A DNA stretch of 46,478 nucleotides from an uncultured Thiotrichales bacterium (GCA_964577195.1 CAZNYF010000001.1:1-46478); one strand, 5' to 3'; positions 9,264 through 18,496 are shown, numbered from the stretch's first letter. The notes: generated by a model from the sequence alone, not told the origin. A program made the numbers and translations.

Positions 9264-10660
9264 CGGAAATCGAAGTTGAATCTCTAGCATTTTCATCTCT
9301 AAAGATACGACCTGAGTTATTAACCAGTTTAAGCTCGTTAAAATACGAAACAATGACGCCGATTCAGGCACAAAGCCTGCCGCCAATTTTGGCGGGTGAT
9401 GATGTCATCGGGCAGGCAAAAACGGGATCGGGAAAAACAGCAGCTTTTGGCTTGGGTCTATTAAACCAGCTCGATGCCAAGCGTTTTCATGTGCAATCAT
9501 TGGTGCTATGTCCCACGCGCGAGTTGGCAGACCAAGTCGCAACAGAAATCCGCAACCTGGCGCGCGGCATTCCCAATGTCAAAGTACTGACCCTCTGCGG
9601 TGGCGTACCGTTTGGCCCACAAGCAGGCTCGCTAGAACATGGAGCGCATATCATTGTGGGTACCCCCGGTCGCATCGAAGATCACCTAAATCGCGGCACT
9701 TTACATTTTAAAGGGCTAACGGCTTTGGTCTTGGATGAGGCTGATCGGATGCTGGATATGGGTTTTCAAGCTTCAGTGGATGCGATTGTCGAGCAGCTGC
9801 CAACGCCGCGACAAACCTTGTTATTTAGTGCGACTTTTCCACCAAAAATTAAGTCGATGAGCAAACGGATCATGCAGCAACCGGTGATGATTGTGGTGGC
9901 AGCAACGCATAATTCTGACAGCATCGAACAGCACTTTTATCAAACTGATCATGATCAGCGCATGGACGCATTGCGCTTACTGTTATTGCAACATAGCGCG
10001 GAATCAACCCTGATATTTTGCAATCTAAAAATTGAAACGGAAGAAATAGCCAGGGCGCTCAATGCCGACGGGTTTAGCGCCATCGCTTTAAATGGAGATC
10101 TAGAGCAACGTGAGCGCGACCAGGCACTCGTTCGCTTTGGCAATAAAAGCACCTCTATCCTGGTGGCGACTGATGTCGCCTCGCGGGGGCTGGATATTGA
10201 AGCGCTGGATGTGGTCATCAACTATCAGACCGTGCGAGACCCCGAAGTGTACGTGCACCGAATTGGCCGCACCGGGCGCGCTGGCAGCAAAGGTGTCGCC
10301 TGCACACTGTTTACCGACAAAGACAGCTACAATATGGCGCTACTCAAGGATGTGCTAGGCGCTGATATTGATATGTCAGGCGAACCCCTACCCCCCACCA
10401 GCCTGCTAAACAAATCAGCGCCTAAACCCGCAATGACAACCTTGCAGATTGATGGCGGCAAAAAACAAAAAGTCCGACCTGGCGATATCGTCGGAGCCTT
10501 AACCGGCGCGAATGGAATAAAAGGCAATCAAATAGGAAAAATCCAAGTGTCAGCCACTTGGGCGTACGTCGCAGTCAAACACGAAGTGGCAAATCAAGCA
10601 CTCAAAAAACTGGCAAAAGGCAAACTCAAAGGCCGGTCGTTTCGGGTGCGTTTGGTTTAG
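9260..10660 (+). CDS. dbpA: ATP-dependent RNA helicase DbpA (DEAD-box, 23S rRNA hairpin 92-specific family)
   Basis: Motif I AKTGSGKT, motif II VLDEADRML, SAT, and HRIGRTGRAG. C-terminal DbpA RNA-binding domain (LQIDGGKKQKVRPGDIVGALTG...IGKIQV...YVAV). ATG 9260 overlaps the DUF1456 stop as ATGA; GTG 9248 is an alternative start. Confidence 0.9.
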   Translation: MTEIEVESLAFSSLKIRPELLTSLSSLKYETMTPIQAQSLPPILAGDDVIGQAKTGSGKTAAFGLGLLNQLDAKRFHVQSLVLCPTRELADQVATEIRNLARGIPNVKVLTLCGGVPFGPQAGSLEHGAHIIVGTPGRIEDHLNRGTLHFKGLTALVLDEADRMLDMGFQASVDAIVEQLPTPRQTLLFSATFPPKIKSMSKRIMQQPVMIVVAATHNSDSIEQHFYQTDHDQRMDALRLLLLQHSAESTLIFCNLKIETEEIARALNADGFSAIALNGDLEQRERDQALVRFGNKSTSILVATDVASRGLDIEALDVVINYQTVRDPEVYVHRIGRTGRAGSKGVACTLFTDKDSYNMALLKDVLGADIDMSGEPLPPTSLLNKSAPKPAMTTLQIDGGKKQKVRPGDIVGALTGANGIKGNQIGKIQVSATWAYVAVKHEVANQALKKLAKGKLKGRSFRVRLV

Positions 10661-10677
10661 ATACGGCGGAGAAAACG

Positions 10678-11223
10678 ATGGCGCTGAAAGCAACAATCTT
10701 TAAGCTTGACCTTAATGTCGCTGACATGGATCGAAACCACTATGGCAGCTATACGCAGACGCTGGCTCGTCATCCGTCAGAAAACGATGAGCGGATGATG
10801 GTGCGTTTACTGGCTTTTGCTTTGAATGCGGCTGATGCGCTGGAGTTTACTAAAGGTATCAGCAGCGATGATGAGCCTGATCTTTGGCAGAAGAATCTCA
10901 GCGGAGAAATTGATCTCTGGATTGATCTTGGGCAACCGGATGAGAAGCGCATTCGTAAAGCCTGCGGTCGATCCAGAAAGGTTTTGATTTATACCTATAA
11001 CCGTCGCAGTGCTGACGTATGGTTAAAGCAGATTACTCCTAAATTAAAGCGTTTTGACAACTTAAAGATTGTCAATTTGCCTGATGGAGCTAGCCAACTA
11101 TTGGCGAGCTTGGCGCAACGAAACATGCAGCTGCAATGCACCATTGAAGATAGTGTCGTATGGCTTTCTGACGATCAAAACAGTGTCGAAATAGCTTTGT
11201 CTAATATGCAGGGGGAGCGGTGA
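10678..11223 (+). CDS. yaeQ: YaeQ family protein
   Basis: The N-terminus MALKATIFKLDLNVADMDRNHYGSYTQTLARHPSENDERMMVRLLAFAL is the typical YaeQ opening. The part of the track ORF upstream of ATG 10678 overlaps the dbpA 3-prime end and is discarded. Confidence 0.85.
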   Translation: MALKATIFKLDLNVADMDRNHYGSYTQTLARHPSENDERMMVRLLAFALNAADALEFTKGISSDDEPDLWQKNLSGEIDLWIDLGQPDEKRIRKACGRSRKVLIYTYNRRSADVWLKQITPKLKRFDNLKIVNLPDGASQLLASLAQRNMQLQCTIEDSVVWLSDDQNSVEIALSNMQGER

Positions 11224-12137
11224 GCAGCGAACTCATCATTCCTTTTGGCAAGTACAAAAACAAACCTGTTGATGTGCTGGCTAAAGATAAAGGTTATCTG
11301 GAATGGGTACTGGAACAGGACTGGTTTAAGCCAAAGCATCCTGAGTTATACGCGGTGCTGGTGGGATTAGCCAGTTCTGAAAATGCGCTGGATATGGAGG
11401 AAAACTTTCTCCTGTCTATCGCCTTAAAAAAGCAGAAAATCGAAAGTTTTGAGGCATATCCTTTTTCACTTCCAGCGGTCAAAAACCTGCAAAGAACCCT
11501 TTTACATCCCAATGTAACTTTTTTAGTTGGAGAAAACGGTAGCGGTAAATCTACCCTGCTGGAAGCCTTGGCGATATCGCAAGATTTTAATCCGGAAGGC
11601 GGTACCGTGAATTTTAATTTTTCCACGCGCTCTTCTCATTCCTCGCTGCATGAATATTTGCGCGTCGCTAAAAGTAGTAAAAAACCCAGCACCGGATTTT
11701 TCCTGCGTGCGGAGAGTTTTTTCAATGTCGCAACCGAGATTGAGAGGTTGGATGAGGATGAATCAGGCGCAAAAATAATCCGTTCTTATGGTGATAAATC
11801 GCTACATGAACAATCACATGGAGAAGCGTTTTTCTCATTGATGAAATATCGCTTTGGGTCGTATGGGCTGTATCTTTTAGATGAGCCGGAAGCTGCGTTG
11901 TCACCCAATAGACAAATGTCGATGATCACCTTGATGCATGACTTGGTGATGAAAGGGTCGCAATTTGTTATCGCCACACATTCACCGATTCTTTTGGCCT
12001 ATCCACATGCAAAGATTTATGAAATACAAGAGGACGGCTTAACCGCTGTGGGCTACGAAGAGAGCGAAACTTTTCGGGATAGTAAACGTTTTTTGGATAA
12101 CTATGAAAAAATCCTGGAAATCCTCTTAGAAGATTAA
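11220..12137 (+). CDS. DUF3820 (ExoX C-terminal-like) domain fused to an ABC-type AAA ATPase (COG3910-like)
   Basis: The N-terminus IIPFGKYKNKPVDVLAKDKGYLEWVLEQDWF matches the FGKYKGK...D.GYL.W signature. Walker A GENGSGKST at 11529-11555, Q/signature-like HEQSHGEAF, Walker B LYLLDEPEAALSP, and H-loop ATHSP. The GTG start overlaps the yaeQ stop as GTGA. There is no in-frame ATG before residue 59, so the GTG start is needed to keep the DUF3820 domain. Confidence 0.8.
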   Translation: MSSELIIPFGKYKNKPVDVLAKDKGYLEWVLEQDWFKPKHPELYAVLVGLASSENALDMEENFLLSIALKKQKIESFEAYPFSLPAVKNLQRTLLHPNVTFLVGENGSGKSTLLEALAISQDFNPEGGTVNFNFSTRSSHSSLHEYLRVAKSSKKPSTGFFLRAESFFNVATEIERLDEDESGAKIIRSYGDKSLHEQSHGEAFFSLMKYRFGSYGLYLLDEPEAALSPNRQMSMITLMHDLVMKGSQFVIATHSPILLAYPHAKIYEIQEDGLTAVGYEESETFRDSKRFLDNYEKILEILLED

Positions 12138-14335
12138 TTCATATCTACCGGATCAACATCAATCGACCATCGAACTTGCCGCGCGGCTTTTAGCTTTTGA
12201 ATTTGCGGGCGAGTTATTTTAAGTAGCTGATGCAGTGGCTGCCGCGTTTCAGCGCGAATTAACAATTGAAAACGAAACCTGCCAGCAATTCTGCTCATGG
12301 GGGATGAAACCGGGCCGAGTACCTCGAGGTTGTCGGTGCTAAAGGGCTGGCAGAGCGAGCGTACTTCGCGTAGAAACCCGGTGGCTTTTTCTTTGTCAAT
12401 CGCGGATGCGTGGATGAGCGCCAGGTGAGAGTAGGGAGGCCAGCCGGCTTCGTTTCTTTCCTCGAGTTGTGCGTTTGCGACTGCGCCGTAGGATTCGTGT
12501 AGTAGTTGTTGCAGCAAGGGGTGCTCTGGTTGATGAGTTTGGATAACAACCTCTCCGGGCATATCGCCTCTGCCAGCGCGGCCGCTGACTTGCAGAATTT
12601 GCTGCGCTAAGCGTTCGGGGGCGTGGAAATCGGTGCTGAAGAGTCCTTGATCTACGTCGATCATGCCGACTAATGTGATGTTGGGAAAGTCGTGTCCTTT
12701 GGCGAGCAGCTGTGTGCCGATGATGATTTTATACTGGTTTTCAGCGATGGCTTTGAGCGTTTCTGTTAGCGAGTCCTTTTTGCTCATGCTGTCTCGGTCA
12801 ACGCGTATCACCGGTTCGTTAGGGAAGCAGCTTTGAACGACTTGCTCCAGCTTTTGTGTGCCTAGTCCGATCGCGAGTAGATTGGTTTTTTCGCAGCATG
12901 GGCAGGCGGCTGGTGGCCGGGATTGATAGCCGCAGTGATGGCAGCGTAGCTCATGGATACCGGCGTGCCAAACGGTGTGTGAGGAGCAGCGTGGGCAGTC
13001 GATGGCTTCGCCGCAGTCGTGGCAAATTAACACAGGGGTATAGCCACGGCGGTTCAGAAACAGCAGGATTTGGTTGCCGCGCTTGATGTGCTCACGCATT
13101 TTCTCCAGCAGCGCGTGGGACAAACCTTCGGTAAGTTCTTGACGACGTAAATCCACCAAATGCAGGCGCGGTGGCTTGGCTCCGCCTGCGCGTTGGGTGA
13201 GTAGCACAGATTGGTATTTGCCCCGGATAACATTTTCCAGTGACTCCAGCGATGGCGTGGCTGATCCCAGTACAACGGGGCAGCCATCTATCTGCGCGCG
13301 TAGCAAAGCAATATCGCGAGCATGGTAGCGGAAGCCCTTTTGCTGTTTCAGCGAGGGGTCGTGTTCTTCATCGACAATGATTAATTGCAGCGATTTGAAG
13401 GGTGTAAATACCGCCGAACGAGTGCCGATAATGATGCTTAAATTACCGACGCTGGCAGCACGCCAGGCCGCGAGGCGCTCGCTGTTATTCAGGCCTGAAT
13501 GCAGGGTCGCAACAATATTACCTAGTCGTTTTCGAAAACGTTGCTCCAGCTGCGGAGTGAGGTTGATCTCTGGAACGATGATTAGCACTTGTCCCTGCTG
13601 TGCAAGAATGGTCTCGATCAACGCCAGATAGACCTCGGTTTTACCGCTACCGGTGACACCATCGAGCAAAGAGGTTTGAAAGCCGCCGAGGGTTTTTTCT
13701 AACGTTTGAACCGCAGCCGCTTGTTCGTCGTTGAGTGTGGGGGCAGTCGTTCTGTTTTGAGGCGAGTGGTTGTTATGTAGCATGACGGCTTGCCGTTCAG
13801 ATCGAATCAGCTGTTTGGACTTGAGCGCATCTAATAATGCCCTGGGGTTTTTGAACTGCTCGCGTAGCGCGGCTGTGCTTATGCCCTGTTCAGCAGCCTG
13901 TATCAATGTAAATAGTGCGCGTTGTTTGGGTGAGGGGTTGAGTGCGGCAATGCTGTCAGCTGGATCGGTAGTGTGGCTATACCAAACTTCCTGATCATTG
14001 CTATCAAGTGGTTTGCCTTGGCGTAGTTTGACCGGCAATGCTGAAAAAATCACCTCACCTAGTGGATGGTGGTAGTAGCGCGAGATTCTGGGTAGCAGCG
14101 TGAGCAAGGATGCAGAAAATACTGGCTCATCATCCAGAATCGCTTCGATAGGCTTTAGTTTTTTAAGATCAAAATCGGTTGAATCTTTAACTGCCATCAC
14201 CACACCGGTCAGTACACGACCAGCAAAATTTACCCGTACCCGATATCCGGCTCGGATTGCGGTGCTGGAAAAAGCGCCTCCCAAGTAGTCAAAAGTGTCA
14301 CGTACCGGAGAGTCGATGGCGATCGAAAGGATCAA
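12134..14335 (-). CDS. priA: primosomal protein N' (replication restart helicase PriA)
   Basis: 733 aa. Walker A GVTGSGKTEVY, Walker B IIVDEEHD, and a Cys-rich zinc-binding insert (CHDCGEAIDCPRCSSHTVWH...LRCHHCGY...CPCC). Confidence 0.95.
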   Translation of the reverse strand: MILSIAIDSPVRDTFDYLGGAFSSTAIRAGYRVRVNFAGRVLTGVVMAVKDSTDFDLKKLKPIEAILDDEPVFSASLLTLLPRISRYYHHPLGEVIFSALPVKLRQGKPLDSNDQEVWYSHTTDPADSIAALNPSPKQRALFTLIQAAEQGISTAALREQFKNPRALLDALKSKQLIRSERQAVMLHNNHSPQNRTTAPTLNDEQAAAVQTLEKTLGGFQTSLLDGVTGSGKTEVYLALIETILAQQGQVLIIVPEINLTPQLEQRFRKRLGNIVATLHSGLNNSERLAAWRAASVGNLSIIIGTRSAVFTPFKSLQLIIVDEEHDPSLKQQKGFRYHARDIALLRAQIDGCPVVLGSATPSLESLENVIRGKYQSVLLTQRAGGAKPPRLHLVDLRRQELTEGLSHALLEKMREHIKRGNQILLFLNRRGYTPVLICHDCGEAIDCPRCSSHTVWHAGIHELRCHHCGYQSRPPAACPCCEKTNLLAIGLGTQKLEQVVQSCFPNEPVIRVDRDSMSKKDSLTETLKAIAENQYKIIIGTQLLAKGHDFPNITLVGMIDVDQGLFSTDFHAPERLAQQILQVSGRAGRGDMPGEVVIQTHQPEHPLLQQLLHESYGAVANAQLEERNEAGWPPYSHLALIHASAIDKEKATGFLREVRSLCQPFSTDNLEVLGPVSSPMSRIAGRFRFQLLIRAETRQPLHQLLKITRPQIQKLKAARQVRWSIDVDPVDMN

Positions 14336-14393
14336 AGTGAAGTCAGTCCTGATGAGATTTGATAGAGCTTATTATCGACTTAAAAACGTGGAT

Positions 14394-14474
14394 TGTGGAT
14401 GATTATTTTATTGACCATTCATCTGTGAGAAATACCCAGTTATCCACAAATCCTGTGGATAACTCTGTGGATAA
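14394..14474. promoter_or_regulatory. cluster of DnaA boxes upstream of priA
   Basis: Perfect consensus TTATCCACA at 14440-14448. Its complement TGTGGATAA occurs twice, at 14454-14462 and 14466-14474. A one-mismatch TGTGGATGA lies at 14394-14402, and a further one-mismatch box TGTTGATAA lies at 14647-14655. Confidence 0.6.
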
Positions 14475-14774
14475 GCCCCTCGATTTTGCGCTGAAACCTA
14501 CTGCTTACAGGGGTTTCAGTTAAATTGATCAAGTTTTGACCAATTCGTATTATTTGTTAATAATCAGGCACTTACTGATGATATTTAGCGTAACTGGTTC
14601 TAATGTTGGCGTATCTGACGGAAATTTGACTGGGTCGCTATGTGCCTGTTGATAACTGATTTCTAAAATAGATCGCTGTCAAGCCCTAAATTGTAAATTT
14701 TGTGACTCATTTACTAGGGTGATTACCCTATTAAAGTTAAGCCAGTGTGCTTGTACTCTTACATTTAAAGTGGT

Positions 14775-15323
14775 TTATAAAATATTTTTTAGTTCCGCAA
14801 AGGATTTACCGTTGCGATCTTGCTCGGAAAGGACGATTTCGCTGTTGCCGATATCAGGCCAGTCGATAGCGATTTCCGGATCATCCCATTTGAGACAAAA
14901 TTGATCGTCAGGGTAGTAAAATTCTGTGCACTTATAGGTAAACACAGCAACATCGCTCAGCGTGAAATAGGCGTGACCAAAACCCGGCGGAATCCACAGT
15001 TGGTGTTTATTTTCGGCAGAGAGTATCTCACCCACCCATTGACCAAAGCTTGGGGAGTCTTTGCGTAGATCTACAGCAATATCAAAAACTTCACCCCAGA
15101 CGACCTTCACCAGCTTGCCTTGAGGGTGTGCGTGTTGAAAGTGAATGCCACGCAGTGCGCCTTTTTTAGACAGGCTTTCGTTGTCCTGCACAAATTTCAC
15201 GTCCAAATCCAGATCACTGAGCGTGCGTTGATTCCATGTTTCTACAAAATAACCACGATGATCCTCAAAGATTCGAGGTTGTAGTAATTTGACGCCGTCA
15301 AGCGCAGTCGATTTTATTTCCAT
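14775..15323 (-). CDS. rfbC: dTDP-4-dehydrorhamnose 3,5-epimerase
   Basis: 182 aa with a cupin fold pattern: FEDHRGYFVETWN, RGIHFQ, KLVKVVWGEVFDIAVDLR and GFGHAY. Confidence 0.9.
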   Translation of the reverse strand: MEIKSTALDGVKLLQPRIFEDHRGYFVETWNQRTLSDLDLDVKFVQDNESLSKKGALRGIHFQHAHPQGKLVKVVWGEVFDIAVDLRKDSPSFGQWVGEILSAENKHQLWIPPGFGHAYFTLSDVAVFTYKCTEFYYPDDQFCLKWDDPEIAIDWPDIGNSEIVLSEQDRNGKSFAELKNIL

Positions 15324-15383
15324 AATGACAAATAATTTCCAGCAGTGGCGGCAGTTTATCGAAACCCGGGTTGATGTAAATGA

Positions 15384-16574
15384 TTACCTGATAGCTTTTT
15401 GCCGATGCAGGTTTTTTTCCGCCGGGATCGCCTGCAGGCAAATGTCATGGGCAATCTCGACAGCGCGTGACTCTGGCAGGCTGACGTCATCCCAGTTGAG
15501 AGTTTGACCTGGTTCGATGGCTCGATTAACAATCGCATTGTGTAACACGCCAATCGGAACATGCTTGGGGCTGTCATCAAATTTAACGGCTTCTCCGCGC
15601 ACTTCAAAGCCGCCAATGCCGCGCTGAATTTTATCACCGGGTTGTAACCCCGTTTTGGCAATTGCCGCAACGCTGATCTCTGGCTTAGCCGAGTTATTGA
15701 GTAATACACCGCCACCATTTAACACCCGTCGAATGGTCTTAACAATTTCAATAGCGCAGAGATGGTAGTTACGCACCAATACATAATGCGGCCCATCGCC
15801 CATCTTAATATTTCGTAACACACCTCGCTCTGCTTCATCGTGGGTTGCAGTGATGAAAACGCCAGGCGCCTGGCCAGCAAACACTGCAAAATCCGCAATT
15901 GGTCGGCCTATATTCTCAGCTATTACGCCAAGTGCTTTGGCGGCAGATTCAGTATCTTCGTGGTGCAGCAGCCCTTCCATACCCTGTTGGGAGATGGTTG
16001 CACCCAGGCCGTTGGCGATAAACGCCTGTTCAATTTGTAGCTTGGTACCATCCGTAAAAGAAGTGGTCTGATCAACGCTGAACCCCTGCTTGTTGGCCCA
16101 ATAGTTCATGTCTTTACGACTAGGAGTGTGATTGAGGTAGCCTTTCATATTGCCGTAGACGAGCGGTTTGAAACCCATCTGGATAATGTCCTCGTGTAGC
16201 GCTGCAAGACAACCTGGTTGATCGCCTTCCGCCTCGGTGAGCAGACCTTTTCCAACAAAATGCGTACCAACCGTGACGTGAAATTCCGCACCCATTGTGA
16301 CCACTGGTATGCCTGCTGCCAGAGCTTTTTCAACGACGATGGTGGCGTGAATCGGGTCACCACTACATTCCACAATCAAGTCAGAATTATCGACTAACTG
16401 TTCAACCGACTGAGTCAATACATCGGCTGCAGGAAAATCGTTAATTGAATGAATGGGTCGGCGCGTCAGTGCGCCACACACGTTGAGATCAGCGTGATGC
16501 GCTAGAATTAACCGCGTCAGCCCCTTGGCGATAAAGCCAGTGCCAACAATGCCGATTTGCGTTGAATTAGTCAT
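15384..16574 (-). CDS. NAD(P)-binding oxidoreductase with C-terminal SAF domain (COG4091-like, homoserine-dehydrogenase-related)
   Basis: N-terminal Rossmann motif IGIVGTGFIAKG. The C-terminal segment (GDKIQRGIGGFEVRGEAV...IEPGQTLNWDDV) looks like a SAF domain. Substrate unknown. Confidence 0.7.
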   Translation of the reverse strand: MTNSTQIGIVGTGFIAKGLTRLILAHHADLNVCGALTRRPIHSINDFPAADVLTQSVEQLVDNSDLIVECSGDPIHATIVVEKALAAGIPVVTMGAEFHVTVGTHFVGKGLLTEAEGDQPGCLAALHEDIIQMGFKPLVYGNMKGYLNHTPSRKDMNYWANKQGFSVDQTTSFTDGTKLQIEQAFIANGLGATISQQGMEGLLHHEDTESAAKALGVIAENIGRPIADFAVFAGQAPGVFITATHDEAERGVLRNIKMGDGPHYVLVRNYHLCAIEIVKTIRRVLNGGGVLLNNSAKPEISVAAIAKTGLQPGDKIQRGIGGFEVRGEAVKFDDSPKHVPIGVLHNAIVNRAIEPGQTLNWDDVSLPESRAVEIAHDICLQAIPAEKNLHRQKAIR

Positions 16575-16677
16575 AGTTTTTCTCTATACAATTGGCGGTA
16601 ACAAGCCCGTGCTGCCAATGGTTTTTTAGTTGTTTAGGAGTAACCACTCACTGAGTAGTTACGTTTAATAAACGTAC

Positions 16678-18165
16678 TCAATAAACGTGTTTGCCCCAAA
16701 AGCCTTTGAAGATAGTCAGAAAAATGATGCGGAGATCAAAAAACAAAGACCATTGCCGGATATAGTCGAGATCATAATCAATGCGATTCTGCATTTTTTG
16801 CAGCACATCTGTCTCACCACGATAACCGTTCACCTGCGCCCAGCCGGTAATCCCCGGCTTGGTCTTGTGTCGCAACATATAACCTCGAATGGTGCTGCGA
16901 AATAACTCGTTGTGCGCTACTGCATGGGGACGAGGTCCAACGATGGACATGGATCCAGAGAGCACGTTAAAAAACTGCGGCAGCTCATCGAGTGAAAATT
17001 TTCTCAAGACGTGACCTATCCGCGTAATACGTACATCCTGCTTGGTTGCCTGGACGAACTCAGTCGCGCCATCTTCCATGACTGTCATACTACGAAATTT
17101 CCAGACATTGATTATTTCGCCGTTCAACCCGTAGCGTTTTTGCTTGAATATTATTGGCCCCCGGGAGGTGAGCTTAACGGCGATTGCAATCAGCGCCATC
17201 GGTAATGCAATAAGGACGAGAATCATCAGTGAAATCACAACGTCCTCGACCCGCTTGACGATGGAGCGGAGTCCGGAGACCGGGTTTTCAAATATGCTCA
17301 CCGCAGGCAGGCCGTTGATATCAACAAGATGCGTAAAATGTGCTCTAAAGGAAGCTGTGTAGAAATCGGGGATCACATAGACAGCAACGGTAGACCGGGA
17401 AGCCAGTTTACGTATGATCTCCTGAGTTTTATGTTCGGCGCGCATCGGCAAGGTGATGAAAATGGTGTCAAATTCACGATTGGCTGCGGCATCCAACAAG
17501 TCCTTAAAGTTACCATCAGCGGCCAGTCCGGTTTCTCGCTTACCAATGGATTCTCGTTTGCGCTTGTTAAGCAATAATTCCGTTTGCTGGACTTTATGTG
17601 ATCTATCATCAAACACCCCCACAATGTCATAACCTACCCAAGGGTTATTGTGCAGATTCTCGCTCAGGTAACGACCCAGTGGCCCAGCACCTGCGATCGC
17701 CACCTTGCGGACATTAATACCATTGCGACGTAATAGCCGGATGATGGAGTTTATGGTAATGCGTATCAGCGCAAAGATCGCCAGCGTCAGACCAAACCAA
17801 TAGCTGGCAAGACGCCAGTCCAACAATCGCGCTGATTGGTCAAACAGTAGTGCGATCGCCAGCAGCGTCAGACAGGTTACCGTCCAGGTGAGACCGCTGA
17901 TACTGAGCATCCACAGGCGAGAGAGGCTGTTGTTGTCGATTTTCCAGGTCTGATAAACGTGAAAAAACTCTGAGTAAAATTGCATCAGTAGCATTGCTAC
18001 CAATGCGTAAAATGCGTGAATGCGGCTCCAGCCGTCATCGGTTGTGGTGAGCAAGGTTGCCAGGTAAAGCGCCGTTCCAATGCCCAATGAGTCGATGACT
18101 CTGGCCATCAGCGCCAGAGGCTGTTGCGGGCTATGAATAGCGGTATTTGAAGATAATTTTGACAT
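16678..18165 (-). CDS. undecaprenyl-phosphate hexose-1-phosphate transferase (WcaJ/WbaP-like priming glycosyltransferase)
   Basis: 495 aa with four to five N-terminal transmembrane helices and a central CoA-binding-like domain (VAIAGAGPLG). The C-terminal bacterial sugar transferase domain has KRVEDVVISL, RFGL-like YGLNGEIINVWKFRSM, DELPQFFNVLSGSMSIVGPRP and KPGITGWAQVNG. Confidence 0.9.
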   Translation of the reverse strand: MSKLSSNTAIHSPQQPLALMARVIDSLGIGTALYLATLLTTTDDGWSRIHAFYALVAMLLMQFYSEFFHVYQTWKIDNNSLSRLWMLSISGLTWTVTCLTLLAIALLFDQSARLLDWRLASYWFGLTLAIFALIRITINSIIRLLRRNGINVRKVAIAGAGPLGRYLSENLHNNPWVGYDIVGVFDDRSHKVQQTELLLNKRKRESIGKRETGLAADGNFKDLLDAAANREFDTIFITLPMRAEHKTQEIIRKLASRSTVAVYVIPDFYTASFRAHFTHLVDINGLPAVSIFENPVSGLRSIVKRVEDVVISLMILVLIALPMALIAIAVKLTSRGPIIFKQKRYGLNGEIINVWKFRSMTVMEDGATEFVQATKQDVRITRIGHVLRKFSLDELPQFFNVLSGSMSIVGPRPHAVAHNELFRSTIRGYMLRHKTKPGITGWAQVNGYRGETDVLQKMQNRIDYDLDYIRQWSLFFDLRIIFLTIFKGFWGKHVY

Positions 18166-18496
18166 TAAGAGCGGTAGAAAAAGAGTCTTTATATCCTCAA
18201 GTGGAGTGTTGGTTATCAGTTAGTTGTTTAAGCGCTAACTTGATTCAGATGAAAAACCCATCCATCGGTTCCATTAAAACAGAATCATCGTTCTGTTTAT
18301 CAATCGTGTTCACAGTGTGGAGCAGCCATTGACCTCGATTTGAAGGGTAATTCACAGAGTTGAGAAAACTTAGGCGTTATCGACTTAAATTGCGCAACTC
18401 ATTGAAGATTATAGTGTCTCAACCTCGGAACAACAGTGAAATACTTAATAATTTTACTGTAAAAATGTTAACTAACGTAAATCTGAGGTGGACTGC

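Noticed and set aside
10558-10677. Upstream extension of the yaeQ ORF
   Set aside because: It overlaps the dbpA 3-prime end in another frame and is Arg/Lys/Ser/Thr/Gln-biased and low-complexity. The canonical YaeQ N-terminus starts at ATG 10678.
14387-14660. Chromosomal origin (oriC)
   Set aside because: DnaA boxes are present, but I see only two GATC sites in the whole gap. There is no array of A+T-rich 13-mers and no dnaA, dnaN, gidA or mioC neighbourhood. A DARS/datA-like site or a promoter site is more plausible.
15356-15718. 120-aa minus-strand ORF overlapping the 3-prime end of the SAF-domain oxidoreductase gene
   Set aside because: It is an alternative frame of a gene with clear Rossmann/SAF features and has no motifs of its own.
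18170-18177. ops/JUMPStart-like AGCGGTAG next to the priming transferase start
   Set aside because: It matches GGCGGTAG only 7/8. It also lies on the + strand, which is the template strand for the minus-strand polysaccharide genes, so it cannot act as an RfaH ops element for them.
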